DNA from: Stegostoma tigrinum | Lineage: Eukaryota | NCBI RefSeq assembly: GCF_030684315.1 | Contig: NC_081393.1 | Location: forward strand, 14,007,479 to 14,071,478 | Direction of reading: 5' to 3' | DNA length: 64,000 bases | Shown: positions 24,005 through 36,664 of the stretch, piece after piece | Layout of the letters: each line of letters begins with the position of its first letter | Numbering within the stretch: the first letter of the stretch is position 1 | Notes under the pieces: generated by a model | Told to the model about the DNA's origin: nothing | Database searches by the model: none | What the model saw: only the letters and a program-made list of their open reading frames with translations | Made by a program: the position numbers and the translations under genes

Positions 24005-27000
24005 GAGGAGAAGAGAGAGAAACAGTTAATCAATCTCATGAAATCATGATATAATTCATCATGACATAATCCATGTAGCACCCATCCCTCCACCACCTGT
24101 TCCTCCCAGATCAGTGTTTAATTCTGTTAGCACGAGCAAAATGGTCACTGGGGAGCTAACATTCCCCTTTTTCCAAGTGTCTCTATCTATAACCTGCCTA
24201 GGATGGTTATGGAGATAATAAGGTGGAGAGCCAGATGAACACAAGCAGCAGAGGAGCAGGAAGGCTGACGTTTCGGGCCTAGACCATCTGGTCAGCACTA
24301 TCCCTCCAGTTTTTGGCCTATGCAGGAAATGATCATGGCTGAACTAACGATGGTGAACCATTTCATGTACAAAACCCGAACTAAAAGCTGTACGCCAACT
24401 CACAGGCACAAGGCACACCGTAAACAAAAAAGACAATATCAAGTGTGGCATCAGCAAAAACAGACAGACAGTCAGAATCTGAGAAAGTTACCTGCTGCAT
24501 AATGGTCCATACTCATGCCCATTGCACCCATTCTGTGATTTCCATAGCCACCAGGCCCACCTCCCATGTTGGCAGTTGAATCCAGGAACAATTCAATATA
24601 TCTGTGTTCTAAGAAGTAAATTAGAAGAAGTTAGCAAGGGCACAATTTCCCACTCAGTGACATCAGCAAACAATTTCAAAATAAGGAAGATGACTAAACC
24701 AGTTAACTCATATCCATAAAATTAAGTCTTTCCACAACACTTATGGGATAGAAGTAAAATACACAGTTTGAGGTCAGTCTCAGTGGTGAATTATAAGAGT
24801 GAATTTAGCTGATAAGCTCATTAGACTAAATGAGTTGCAGTTATAAAGAGCAGTTGAACAGAGGAGACTGGTGAAGGGGGAGGAATATGGTTGAAATGCA
24901 TCAAGCAACAAGGGGCACAGATAGGGTGGACAGCAAGAAACATGACTCCTTGAAGAAAGCATCAAATGTTTGGGGGCATAGATTTAAGCCAAAACGGCAG
25001 GTTTACTGGCAATTTAAAGAAAAATATTTTCGCCCAGAGGGTAGATGGTGAACTCCAGTTTGCCACTAAGGGTGGTAATGAGCAAGTGTGACACCAAGGC
25101 ATAAAAGGCTACAGGCCAAGTGTAGAAAAATGCTGCAAGAACAGTTGTGTGTTTGCTTGCATCTGGCGTAGGTGCAGTGGGCTGAAGGGCCCACAACAGC
25201 TCTATGACCAAGGTGAACATTTCACTGAGAAGGAATACAGCTATGATACAAAACAGTTCATTAACTGTAATCTCAGGCATAGACACCTAGAAAACTTTAA
25301 GGAGACTCAATGGCAATTGTTGAAATCTTTGGTCCTGTATTCCTTTTAAATTTGGTACCTAAAAGTGCGCAGTTGACTTACCATTTTATTTCTGTGGTTC
25401 TTAACTGGAAAAAAATTATGTATTTCTTCAAAATCTCACGTCTCGTTCGTGAGACTGGTGAATGAGTTCAACCAATTTTAATGAGGGAAAAGGTACAATC
25501 TGCGATAGCCAACTAAGGAGGTGAAATGGCACGAGCAATTTCATTGATCAACATTTGACTGTAGTCATGTTATAAATAGTTAAAAATGCGGTAACGAATT
25601 AACCATTTACTTTGATGAACTAAGTTGGGATCAATAGTAACAATCTTAGTTACAATGTTCACATTTCCATTGTGACAGGGATAGTGACAGAGGAAACATT
25701 TTAAAATTAGATGATCATTTTCCTACAAATTAATAAACGTTGCACTGAATGGTCTTAAAGCCATCTGGGGAGGCAGAAACGAAACCACCGTAAATTGAAG
25801 TGAAGCCAAATAACAAACGAAACATGTTACCGGGAGCCCAAAAGAAGTTTCCCTGAAAAGGAACCACCACTTTAAAAAAAGTGCTATAGCTGTTGTAGTT
25901 GCGTGCGTCGTGGTTCTTACCAGACTCCTTTTAGTAAATTTGTCACGGTGAAAGCTTGGACATGCATGTCCTGATGCATCTTAGTATAAAACGGAAGTTT
26001 AATTTCTTGATAGGTAAATGTGAAAATGAAAAAAGTTAAATACCTCTAAGATTAACTATGTTGCTGACATAAGCTTTTAGTGTTTTTTGAGCACAAATGG
26101 ATTTTACCAGGACTGGAGGGTTCGAGTTATCAAAAACAGGCTGGGATTTTTAAAACGCCCCCACCCCGTGCAGCAGTTTGACGTGTGACCTTATACAGGC
26201 TCTGAAAAATCATGAGGCGCCGGGCAAATGTTTTTTCCCCTTGAGTGGGGAAGTTCAAAACTAGCAAGAGGTTTCAGGTGAGAGTGGAAAGATCTAAAGA
26301 GACCCAAGGGATAACTTATTCACACAGAAGGTAGTGCATAACTGGAACGAGCTGCCCGATGAAGTGGTCAAGGCAGGTAACAGTTACAACTTGTAAAAAG
26401 ACGTTTGGACAAGTACCTAAATAGGAACAGTTTTGAGGGATATGGGCCAAATGTAGAAACAGGATTAATTTACTTTAGGAAGCATGGTCGGCATGAGCAG
26501 GTTGGACCAAAGGGTCTGTTTCCGTGCCTTATGATTATGACACTGAACTACTTACGCATGTGGGCTTTATCTTTCGACATAGCTGCAACTGCATCTTCAT
26601 GAGTAGCAAACTCGACATCAGCCTCTCCAGTGAGTCGACCATCAGAGCCATATTCAAAATTTATCTTTACAGGAATCAGCGGTGAAAAGAACTACAAGGA
26701 ATATAATGGTACAGTTGTTAACACAAGAATAAAAGCAGATTCCTTAGTTATTTCCTCAAACTAAAACCAAAACATCCTTTTTTTTTTACAGTAACGAGTG
26801 CTATGGGTCCAAGAGAAAGCAATGATTTTGTGAAGCTTTGTACTATGTAGCATTTACATCAGGAACCAAATGCTAATTTTCATACCTTCCCACAATATGT
26901 TCTATATCCATCACGGGCTCTGGTTTGTCAAATGAAAAGCTATCACAAGAACTGTTATCATCTTCTCTGCTTTTAAACTGCATTTTAAAATATTCAAAGA

Positions 27001-30000
27001 TAGATTGCTCCCACCTCAAATAAACATAATTGAAAGCCATAACCTACACCTCCGACAAAATAAACACATGAATCCAATTTCTGACAAGTCACACTTACAT
27101 CTGCAACATCTCCTTCAGAAGCTCTGAAAGGTAATCCCCTCATGTGTACATAATGACCTGTACCATTCTGAAATAGGGGACCAGCATCGCCTGCTCCACC
27201 GTAACCACGACTGCCCATGCCTAGATGGCAATAATGTTCAGTTACACACCTGTATATGTCTGTATGAACAAGTTTTCCAACATTAATATATCAGTTCAAA
27301 CACTTGGCGTGCAACTAATTTGTAATTAGTCTAATTCAGGAAGTAAGAGACATTCTATTGTGATGTCAACACAGTATATTAAAAACACCAACCAAATATC
27401 AGCCAATTACCTTCCCCTCTCAAGCAAACATATGGACCAGGAACATCCTTGCCCTACCTCTATCCATCATTCCACCACCTCTGGCATTGTGTCCATATCC
27501 ATCACGTCCATAACCGTAGTTATCATTATAACCGTAATCATCAAAGTTGCCATAACCTAGGGAGAACAAACAAACAGGCTGGCTTGAACTAAAAGATGGA
27601 CCAGACCGGAGTTCTAACCCCTCAATTTTTGAAACCTAAGCTTTTAGATCTAAAAGCCAAGTTAGAAGTGCATTACAAATCTAATTCATGCATCTGAAAA
27701 GCATTATACAAAGTCTTTGCATTCAAGTATTCATAAACTTGAAAGAAGTCTATCCATGCTCCTACCTCCACCATAGCCAGCTCCTCTACGTGCGCGATCA
27801 AACATGTCTCCTCTCATGGGCCCTGGACCACCGTAGCCAGTTCTTGCACCTCCCATTGGTCTGTCGTAGGGTCCTGGCCGCTGACCCATTAACCTTCTTG
27901 GTGGATCATGAAAAGCTCGAACTTCACCTCTACTGCTCCTGAAGATTTCAATATACCTAAACAGCCACAAATGATATATTTACGTCTTGCCTTTGACAAT
28001 TCATGTTCATCACTAAACACGCTGACATCATGATTGCAGATTTCTCTGGTAAAAAGACAAAATTCAGTCACTTGCCCTGAACACACATCCCAGAATGGAA
28101 TTAGCAATTTAGAAACTGGCTCTTTTTAAAAAAAAAGTGTCCACATTCATGGGAGATGTTTCCACCATTCATTTTGGAACCAGGCTGAAGTGTCAAACCC
28201 TACAGCTTGGCTCTAAAAAACAAGGAATGTACTTTACACCATAGCTCATTAAGATGCTTTGGCAGTTGCTTTACGAAAATGGCAACTTTAAACACATTCA
28301 CACAACAAACATAATTCATAGGCAAATCAAACTTTTCAAATGCATCCAACAGGTGTATGCCAGCATTATTAAATGAACAAGAATACCCAAGTGGCAGGTT
28401 TATCCATTATAATTGGATGATAACCTGAAACAGCCACTCAGAATTAGAAAATGCTCAGCTTGTAAATCAGTTCATGACATCTCTGAGAATGCATCACCTA
28501 ATTAACTTTTCACCAGAGCAATCTGCCTACTTTATCTTAAAAAAAACACTAGGCACAGTCAATTTGTCAAATATAGCAGCTATTTAATTTTTGCATTAAT
28601 GTGTCATTTACATATAAAATGTCTGACTTGCTGTGGCAAAATTTGAAGCATAGGAACCAGTTACATGAGGTAACTACAGGTTGTTTCATTGTTGGATGTT
28701 CATGAACCGGACGTCAATAAAAAGGAATATTCACCTGCATCTCATTGCAGTGGTGAAATTTTTTAAACTACCCAAGAGCACAGCAAATTGTTTGCCAAAA
28801 CATGTGTTACATAATTTGACCAAGTTGCATCTGTCAAGCGCATGTTCCATCTTTAAGTTCCAGTGATTACTGTGACTGCCTGGTTTCCAATGACTAGGAG
28901 AAACCTGACTGCAAGCAGACAGTTGGCTGCTCAATATGGTTAGAGAAATTATACCATCAGACTATGCATCCAACGAAAGCAATCAATATGATTGCTCAAC
29001 TCAACTCCAGGTTTGATTAAGGAATATATGTTTCCACAAGAGCAGCTATAGACAATGCAATCTCAGTGTCTGTCTCAGAATTCTGGAATCCCCACCAGCC
29101 CCCAAGTGCCATCCAATACCAGAGGCTCAAGGAAGTTGAAGGTTTGGTGGGACACTGAAACGAAAACAAAACACAAATTTGACACAGTCACTGCATCTGA
29201 GCAACCTGTAATCTTTGGTACTGTTCTCTTCATAACTCCCAACGAGATTAATTTTCAAGCTATGTGCAAACGAGACATCAAGTCAGACATTTTAAATACA
29301 AAGTTTAGTGCAAGATATCAGAGATATAACACAAGCATTTGGGACTAATTTCACCAATTAGCTATTAATACCGACGCTTCTGAACGCGAATCTGAATACT
29401 GATTTCAGTGCAATGCTTTTCGACTGGAAAATAGAATAGTTAAAATATCAGCAAACCTAGTAGTCTTCACCTTCCCATTAGGTGAGATGAAGACAAACAC
29501 ATGGAATGCTGTGTGCTTCAAGCACAAAATGATAAATTAGTGAAGTGGGGTAGGGGGAGAAAATGTCCCACAATTGTGACATTACTTTGTAAATGTTACA
29601 GTTTAATTTGAAACTGCACTTTGGATGTGTAATTTAATTAATCCAAATGTTTGAACACATTACTTCAAAATTGAATCAAATTGAAGCAATTCAAATTGCA
29701 AACATTTACATCCATGATCATCCTAACTGCAAGGCCCTCTCTAGAGAATCAATCTTCACAAACTTGGGACTGAAGGGCAAATGCTGCCCTGGTTTGTCAT
29801 TTATTGCCAAACAATTTTGAAGTCACATATAGAGGGCCCAGCAGCATAGGACATCATTTTGACAATTTTGAAAAAAAAATCAGTTGAGTCCCCACTCAAG
29901 TTTTCCAATGGTGTGTGGGAGGTTCGACTATTGTCTCTGCAAGAACAGATGAATTCTGCAACCTGAACAAGTGGGCTTAAAGACATATGAGCCACCCTTC

Positions 30001-33000
30001 CGTCCATCCCCACCTGTGCCCTATTCTTTCCTTGTGTTTCCCCAGTGCTTTTTCAGCTATCTCCTTTGATGCAAACTGCACGAAGGCTTCCCCCGTGCTT
30101 CTCCCCTGGTAGTCCACCGGCAATGTTATCCCATTTGGCACGATTTCCAACCCTTCAACCCAAGGACAAATACCCCACAAGGGGAACAATATTAAAAATT
30201 GAAACATTCCTACTTATGCACATACTACAGCATATCAATATTGAGTACTGATATCAGAATTGACTAATGAGACAAACAGCTGCAGAATGCTCTTTAAATA
30301 AAGCAAAGATCCAACAAAAAAAAACAAAAACAAAGGCCAGCTAAGCTTGCACATTTTTAAAAAAACCAATGCTTGTACAAATAGGGGCAGGACAACATTG
30401 TTGCTTTAGCCAATGTTAGCAACATGCATTAAATTCTAAGAAATAACTAATCATGACCATAATCAGCAAGTTACTGTGGTCATTCAAATTGGTTCACTTT
30501 TACACCTATAATGGAAACCAACATGACCGTCAAACATTAAAACTTCAGTGGTACAACTAATTTTAAGGCATGATTAACTTGTCCTTGTTTTTTAGGCAAC
30601 TCGAATTAGTGAACAAAGTACAACTACACAGGTAATTACATTTCAGCTCACTTGTGTCACCAGGATTAAGAGTGTCTGGACACAAAATCCCAGTTTACAA
30701 TTCCAATTGAGAAGTTAAGAGTCTCTCACTGTTTGTTAATGAAGAAAAACAAATTGCAATTTTATCTACTTCACACCAAAACTCAGGACTATTTGCAAGC
30801 AGATGAATAAAATCCCACCTCACTCTCAGTGTACAGTCTACACAAACTGAAGGTGGCTTAACAGAACCTCTTCAGTGTCATTTGCTGGCTGGTAACTGCC
30901 CATCATATCATCTGACAATTATTCTGATTAACAGCCTACAATACTTTTGGTTTTAATAAAATCAAGAAAGCAATTAATACAACAATTTTAAATTCATAAA
31001 TAAGCATGCAATTAAGTAACTACATTGACTGCAGCAACTTCAACTACTTTTCTCTACATAATCCTTGTTCTTAGTGACGGAATCCAGTAGTTGCAAAAAA
31101 CAGTTTAAACTGTACAAATAGCAAAGAGCACGAAGCTCCAGTATCTCACAAACAAATCAGGATCCTTTTTGCTTTAGGTAATTAGCAATGTGCAGCCTGT
31201 GCATTCACCAAGCAAACTCTGCATCAATACACCAATTTAGCATGGTCTTAAAATATAAGAGTCCATTTACATAACACGCTGCAAGTTACTGACTGTGAAG
31301 AAACGTTAAGGGTACCAAACCAGTTGCTGTCCCAAACAGCTAGGTGACTACATCATACCAAACTGAACTTGACTCCAATGAAGCCTGACTTTTCTACTGC
31401 TTTTAGTCAAGACAAGAGACATTTACTGCAACTTAAATTCAAGTTAAGTTGTCTACCTAACTCCTGATACAGGAAACCTATGGTAGATCTACAATGCATC
31501 AGCAGGCTGAATCCAAACAGTCGCTGGATGTCACAACCTGGGGGAAACATAGTTTTTTTTAAACTGCTACTCCAGATTCATATTTCATCCCAGCCAGTAT
31601 CCTTACTTGCTCCCTCTGACCAATCAGATAGGGTTAAATGAGACAAGGACTGCATTTGCTCAGAGGTCCACACTGTGGTCAAAAATTTTGCCAACGCTCA
31701 CCATGAAGCTTCATGCACGAGAATTAGCCTTGTAAACGCATACATGAAATTAACTTCATTCGGAGGTGCAATCTTTTACAAAAAAAAGACAAAGCATCAT
31801 AAGGGACTTTTTTTTGAAGGTTAGATAAGGTTAATTGGATGAATAACGAGGGATTTTGTTCCGATTCCTGTAAACTTCTGGTCCAGTTATCAATTCTTCA
31901 CAGCCAGTAACCGCAGTGAATTGTAGTGCTGAGACATCAGTAGCACAACTTAAAATCTTAACATTTTGTATACAAGTAGAAACTGTTAAGGAAACAAAAC
32001 AACCCAATTGAAAAGGGGAGAGACACCAATTTTAGGGTTTCATCCCTTTTATGGGTAATCCCACTTTATAAGCATGAGAAGCCGAGGGCAGGCAGGCAGG
32101 CAACATAGCCATACAGACAATGGCTGGAGCCGCAATAATCCAGGTCACAATTCCTCTGTATCTAAGAGGTGACCGGCCTCTGGTGAATACATCCCAACAC
32201 TGGAAAACGTGGGTTTGGAAACTCCATTGGAATGGCAAGCACATGCCTGCATCCACCACTCCATGGTGCAACACAACAAATGCCAAATTACAGCATGACT
32301 GTATCGTCTGAACCCAAAAATTTAACTCTACTATACACAAAAATGCTTAAGGAATAGTTTTGAATACCAGCACCACTGCTCAAGCCAAAATCATTATAAT
32401 AGTATTATATACACTTATGAAATATTACTAGTGCTAAGCTTGAGCTGACAAACTGAAAAATTCTAAACCAATTGAGGTCTCACAATTGAATGGGTTAATT
32501 ACTGCAGTTAACATTTCCCAATTAGTAACTGCACATGAAGTTACCGGAACACGATTCTAAACTATTCCTTCAAAGAAGTTGTCAAGGATGATGAATTTTG
32601 ATATTACAGGCTCACAAGATTGGACTCAAGGATTATCTTCTTTAGAACAAAAAGCCATTCTCATCATTAAAATGGAAAAACCAAAAGGGTCTAATTTTAA
32701 GTGACAGCCCAATGTACCTTTTGGAAAAAAAAAGTAAATATTTGCTAGCTTTGTCAGCAAAAGCAACCAACACCCCAAAGGTTCATCTTTAAACACTAGA
32801 ACAGTTTGGTAACTTGGTGCAACAAGGTTTGCTGGGACCATGGAGCTAACTAGTGATCCTTGACCAAAACTGCAATCAAAACCCCCACCAACACACTATT
32901 TTCTTTAGTGATGTTGAAAACAGTGGCATTTCTTAATTACCAAAATTGTCTTTATTCTAAGTCACGATGCTAAGCTTTAAAACAAACATTTTAACCACTG

Positions 33001-36000
33001 TTTTTGTTAAAACACTTTTTGGAACAAAAAACCCTTGTGCCCAATACTATGTGCCATTCTACTAAGTCACATTTATAATTTGGTTATTCCACCCCCTTCA
33101 TCTACAGAAAATAGAAATAAAACAGCTGTGTACACGAACACTGAACACAAACAGCCACTGGAGAGGCTACCCAATATGTTCCCAAATCTATTGTTAAATA
33201 AAGTAAAATCGACATTACACTTATTGCCCCTACCCACATCAGACCCACAAGCCCAAATACTTGGTTCCAGTATTGGAGAAAGTGACAAATTAAGATGTAC
33301 CTGTGAAAAACTGCAAAATTTCCTCTTTACTGCAGCCAAAGGGCAAGCCCCTGAGGCGCACTGTTCCATCGCTCGTGGACTCAGTTTGGTTTGGGTTAGC
33401 ATGTTTTAGCGCCCAGTCCATTTCAGAGGCTTTAGTTTCAAACACTGTAAACACAAGTTACAAATACTAACAAAAACGAACATGTTGCAGGTTTGTCTGT
33501 CAAATACTGAAAGAGGACAACATGGATGAAGTCACTCCCCATGCCATGCACTGCAATATTATTTTCAGAAAACCACAGCTGACAAAAGAAAATTAAAATT
33601 GCACCTGTCTGCATTTTTCAATATTGTCCCAGCTACTCAAATTTTCTGCATTAATATTACTAAAAAGAAAGATGTTCGTTGTTTAGCAGACCACTGCTCT
33701 TTTTGAGAGCTTAGGCACAAAGTTTTCCCTGTTCACCCTTAGTGTTTAATAGAAGCAAAAAGACAGGAAATCTGAAATGAACACAATGGGATGGATTAAT
33801 TCATGAAGTCTGGCAGCAGCTGAGAGATCACTTTACTGGGTCCTGGAGCTACACCGATAACATCAGTCTCGGTCTCCAGAGATGCAGTCAGAACTGGGTT
33901 CCTCCAGCACATTGACTATTGCCTTAACAGTCTCTTGCTTACTGACATACTCTGCAAAGCCCACACGTTAGGACACAGTCATGAGGACTGAAAACCATAC
34001 CCCACCACAAACTTCAGCTGATTCAATTAACTTTCCAACACAAGGACCAACAGCAAAACACGACAAAGCAAGAGCATTCACACGCAAAATTTCAGCTCTC
34101 ACCAGTCATTACGTCTTGGACCAGAATAAGATGTGAGTCTCTGCAGCGAAAAGCTTGCTAACTATCTGAGGTATGCAAGTAGAGGTCTATAGCATTGAGG
34201 AGTTTTCAGTCTTGGAAGCTACGTAGAATTCAGTACAAAGATGACAGTTTGAATCATAAATCTGGAACTGATGCCAATCAGGAGGGCGGAAGAGAGGAAT
34301 GCATGAAGAAACATCCTCAACAAGTTATTGTACTCCCCCAGAAGTGAAATGCTTAGGGTTCCTTACATAAAAAAAGCTTTTCTTTCAGTTCTTCCTCCTC
34401 TAACTGTGCAGTCCACCGCCACCAACACCCCCCCACAACTACCACAAGATACAAAAACCTGCTACATAAAACCAACAAATACCTGTCACACCGAGTGATG
34501 GTTTGAAATGTCACGCACCTTCAATGTATCGATGGCCCATGCTTTCTCGGTCTTTCGCAAGGGCACGTTTTACATCCTCATCACTTTCCAGCTGAACAAA
34601 GGCTTCACCACTCGGGCGGCCTTCTCTTAAATAGGTGAAGTGTATTCCAGCAGTTCCATTTAATATCTTGCAATCTAAAAGCAGCACACATGACAAACTG
34701 ATTTTTTTCCTTGTACTAAACAGTAACGTGTGGTGGGGTGGGAGGCTTGGGAAGCAGGACAAGATTTAAAAATAGCAAAGGCATTGGTGAATAGAAATGT
34801 TAAAATGGTACAAGGCACCATCTTAAATGCACGTCAAAACTTAAAATGTCAGTTTCCAGCAAACCAAATCATTAACTTCAGCATCTCCAACTGCATACTT
34901 CACGCTACAAAGCACAGCAAAATCTTCCAAAACAAATACAGCACATGTTCATTGCCTTCTGTTGGGAGATCAGGAGTCTAACAAAAGTTATTTGAGTTTT
35001 CAACTTTTCAAACACTGTTTCAATTACCACTGACAAGCAGCAGGGCAGGCTCTAGTTCCGTTTTGAATTTGGGTATTTAATTCAATGACACCCAAGACAT
35101 CAGAGCCAGTTCAAATTTCACTTGGTTTGCATACACAACAACACCGATTTGATAAAGTGTCAACTGATTGTCATCTTTGTTAACGACAGTCAAGGAAAGA
35201 CTGCATGAGCATTAACCAATGACATTAATCAAACGGAACAAAGTGGAAAAAGTAAAACCCTTGTCCCCAAACCACTAAAAAAAATGATAAATTGTTCTAT
35301 GACACCACCATTATAGATTTTAGATCAGTCACTGGGACCGATCACTCAAGCTATGAAAATGACAAGTCATTAGCCTCCATTTTAAAAAAAAAATGGACTG
35401 TCAAAATATAACAGAGGATCAGATTCACAGAATAGGGCAGAGCTCCCTTGCTTCAGGAAACAAAAGCTAACAGACAGCCACTGATAATAAAATGTGAGGC
35501 TGGATGAACACAGCAGGCCAAGCAGCATCTCAGGAGCACAAAAGCTGACGTTTCGGGCCTAGACCCTTCATCAGAGCCACTGATAAACTGAATATGAAAT
35601 TCAGAAAAACATCTTAACCAAACAGAGGCTATATATATATTTTTTAAAATTAGTTAAATAGCACCTTCCATGGTAGTTCCCACCCCAAGAGCTTTCCCTA
35701 GGCATGGCTGCAACTTTTGACAAATTCAAGTTTAACATGAACCTCAGTTTTAATGATACTCCCAGCAAAATAAAAGAACATGTTAAAAAAAAAATCAGCA
35801 ATTAAAGTGTGAACAAACAGTGCCACAACAGTTCTTCTCAGGTACATAACAATACAGTGCCTAGAGACAAAAAAAACTGCTTAACACACTTCAGCATGCT
35901 TCAAAAAAACAATTACATGAAGTTTATAAAAGAAAGCAAGTTTATCCATTAACTCCTGACTCTCAGATTCAGGAGGTACCTGAGACTCGTGACATTCTGT

Positions 36001-36187
36001 ACTATTTCTGAAATTGATTCCCTAAATGTGAGACTTGAATCTTTTAATTCACAACTTCAAAATTCTACTCTTCCTTAAAGCCTTATCATTCAGATGAATT
36101 CACAAAACCTGAAAAGAAGCGTAACACTTCATCAGCAGTGCAAGACCACGGAAGTCCACGGACACGGACAACAAAATCTTCATCCAT
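22995..36187 (-). CDS. hnRNP H/F-family protein (HNRNPH3-like C-terminal two-thirds plus an HNRNPH1/F-type N-terminal qRRM1); 11 coding exons, 462 aa
   Basis: join(36109-36187,34519-34674,33301-33444,30014-30152,27766-27956,27458-27556,27099-27220,26556-26691,24492-24608,23369-23476,22995-23092) = 1389 nt, open frame; three qRRMs ([10 protein letters not shown] / [10 protein letters not shown] / [10 protein letters not shown], each ending HRYIE), [13 protein letters not shown], Gly/Tyr-rich tail ending AGWRM*. Confidence 0.93.
23369..23476 (-). CDS. hnRNP H-like coding exon 10 (108 nt)
   Basis: [36 protein letters not shown]; donor gtaagt. Confidence 0.88.
23974..24003 (+). repeat. G30 homopolymer
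   Basis: 30 consecutive G preceded by T9, in an intron of the hnRNP H-like gene. Confidence 0.9.
24211..24285 (-). mobile_element. Penelope-like fragment, hammerhead core truncated
   Basis: gctgacgtttcgggcctagacc present but the CTGATGA half is missing. Confidence 0.7.
24492..24608 (-). CDS. hnRNP H-like coding exon 9 (117 nt)
   Basis: [39 protein letters not shown]; donor gtaact. Confidence 0.88.
26095..26530 (+). mobile_element. Decayed CR1 3' fragment
   Basis: ttcacacagaaggtagtgcataactggaacgagctgcc...gttggaccaaagggtctgtttccgtgc. Confidence 0.75.
26556..26691 (-). CDS. hnRNP H-like coding exon 8 (136 nt, qRRM3)
   Basis: [45 protein letters not shown]; donor gtaagt. Confidence 0.94.
27099..27220 (-). 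CDS. hnRNP H-like coding exon 7 (122 nt)
   Basis: [41 protein letters not shown]; donor gtaagt. Confidence 0.92.
27458..27556 (-). CDS. hnRNP H-like coding exon 6 (99 nt, GYR-rich)
   Basis: [33 protein letters not shown]; donor gtaggg. Confidence 0.85.
27766..27956 (-). CDS. hnRNP H-like coding exon 5 (191 nt, PY-NLS)
   Basis: [36 protein letters not shown]...GYGG; donor gtagga. Confidence 0.92.
30014..30152 (-). CDS. hnRNP H-like coding exon 4 (139-nt cassette, qRRM2)
   Basis: [47 protein letters not shown]; acceptor ttgggttgaag, donor gtggggatgg. Confidence 0.95.
33301..33444 (-). CDS. hnRNP H-like coding exon 3 (144 nt)
   Basis: [48 protein letters not shown]; donor gtacat. Confidence 0.93.
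34519..34674 (-). CDS. hnRNP H-like coding exon 2 (156 nt, qRRM1)
   Basis: [52 protein letters not shown]; donor gtgcgt. Confidence 0.93.
35488..35574 (-). mobile_element. Penelope-like mini-insertion with hammerhead-like core and a 12-bp TSD
   Basis: Direct repeat AGCCACTGATAA at 35476-35487 and 35575-35586. Confidence 0.85.
36109..36187 (-). CDS. hnRNP H-like coding exon 1 (ATG, start of qRRM1)
   Basis: [26 protein letters not shown]; exon starts at 36223; donor CAG|gttttg. Confidence 0.9.
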
Positions 36188-36664
36188 CGTAACTGTCTAT
36201 AACAGATCTCTCCGCACGAAAGCCTGAAAAACATGACAAAAAAAAACAATTACAAAGAGACTAGAGTGCAATACAACAGGATTTTATCTTTTCAACTCAT
36301 GAACATTCAGCTGTAACATCTGCTCATACAGACCACACCACAAATTTTAAATATGCACACTTAAAAATTTTCAGAGAAAGCATTTACACAAGACATGGAA
36401 AAAAGTTACCCTCTCAACACTTGATCCTACCACCTAATCAACAAGGAAAACTTTCTAGCAACCACAAACGTAACACACTACAACCAACTTACCTTGTAAC
36501 AGCAGAAATTCACAATATGCAATAGCCTAGTGGTATTACTGGCAAACTTTTAATCCAGAAACTCATGTTCTTCTAAGCCAAATCAAATTCCTCCAGGGCA
36601 AATTGTGGATTGTGAATTCAATGAAGAATCTGAAATTGAAGGTCCCCCCCCCAACCACTGGAAA

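Noticed and set aside
28735-28893. Cryptic exon in the hnRNP intron (cctag acceptor, CAG|gtgaat donor)
   Set aside because: Splice-like motifs alone are expected by chance; there is no homology or other support.
22995-36187. GRSF1 assignment because it is head-to-head with a MOB1 gene
   Set aside because: No mitochondrial presequence or Ala-rich N-terminus; it has the PY-NLS and Gly/Tyr-rich domains of nuclear hnRNP H.
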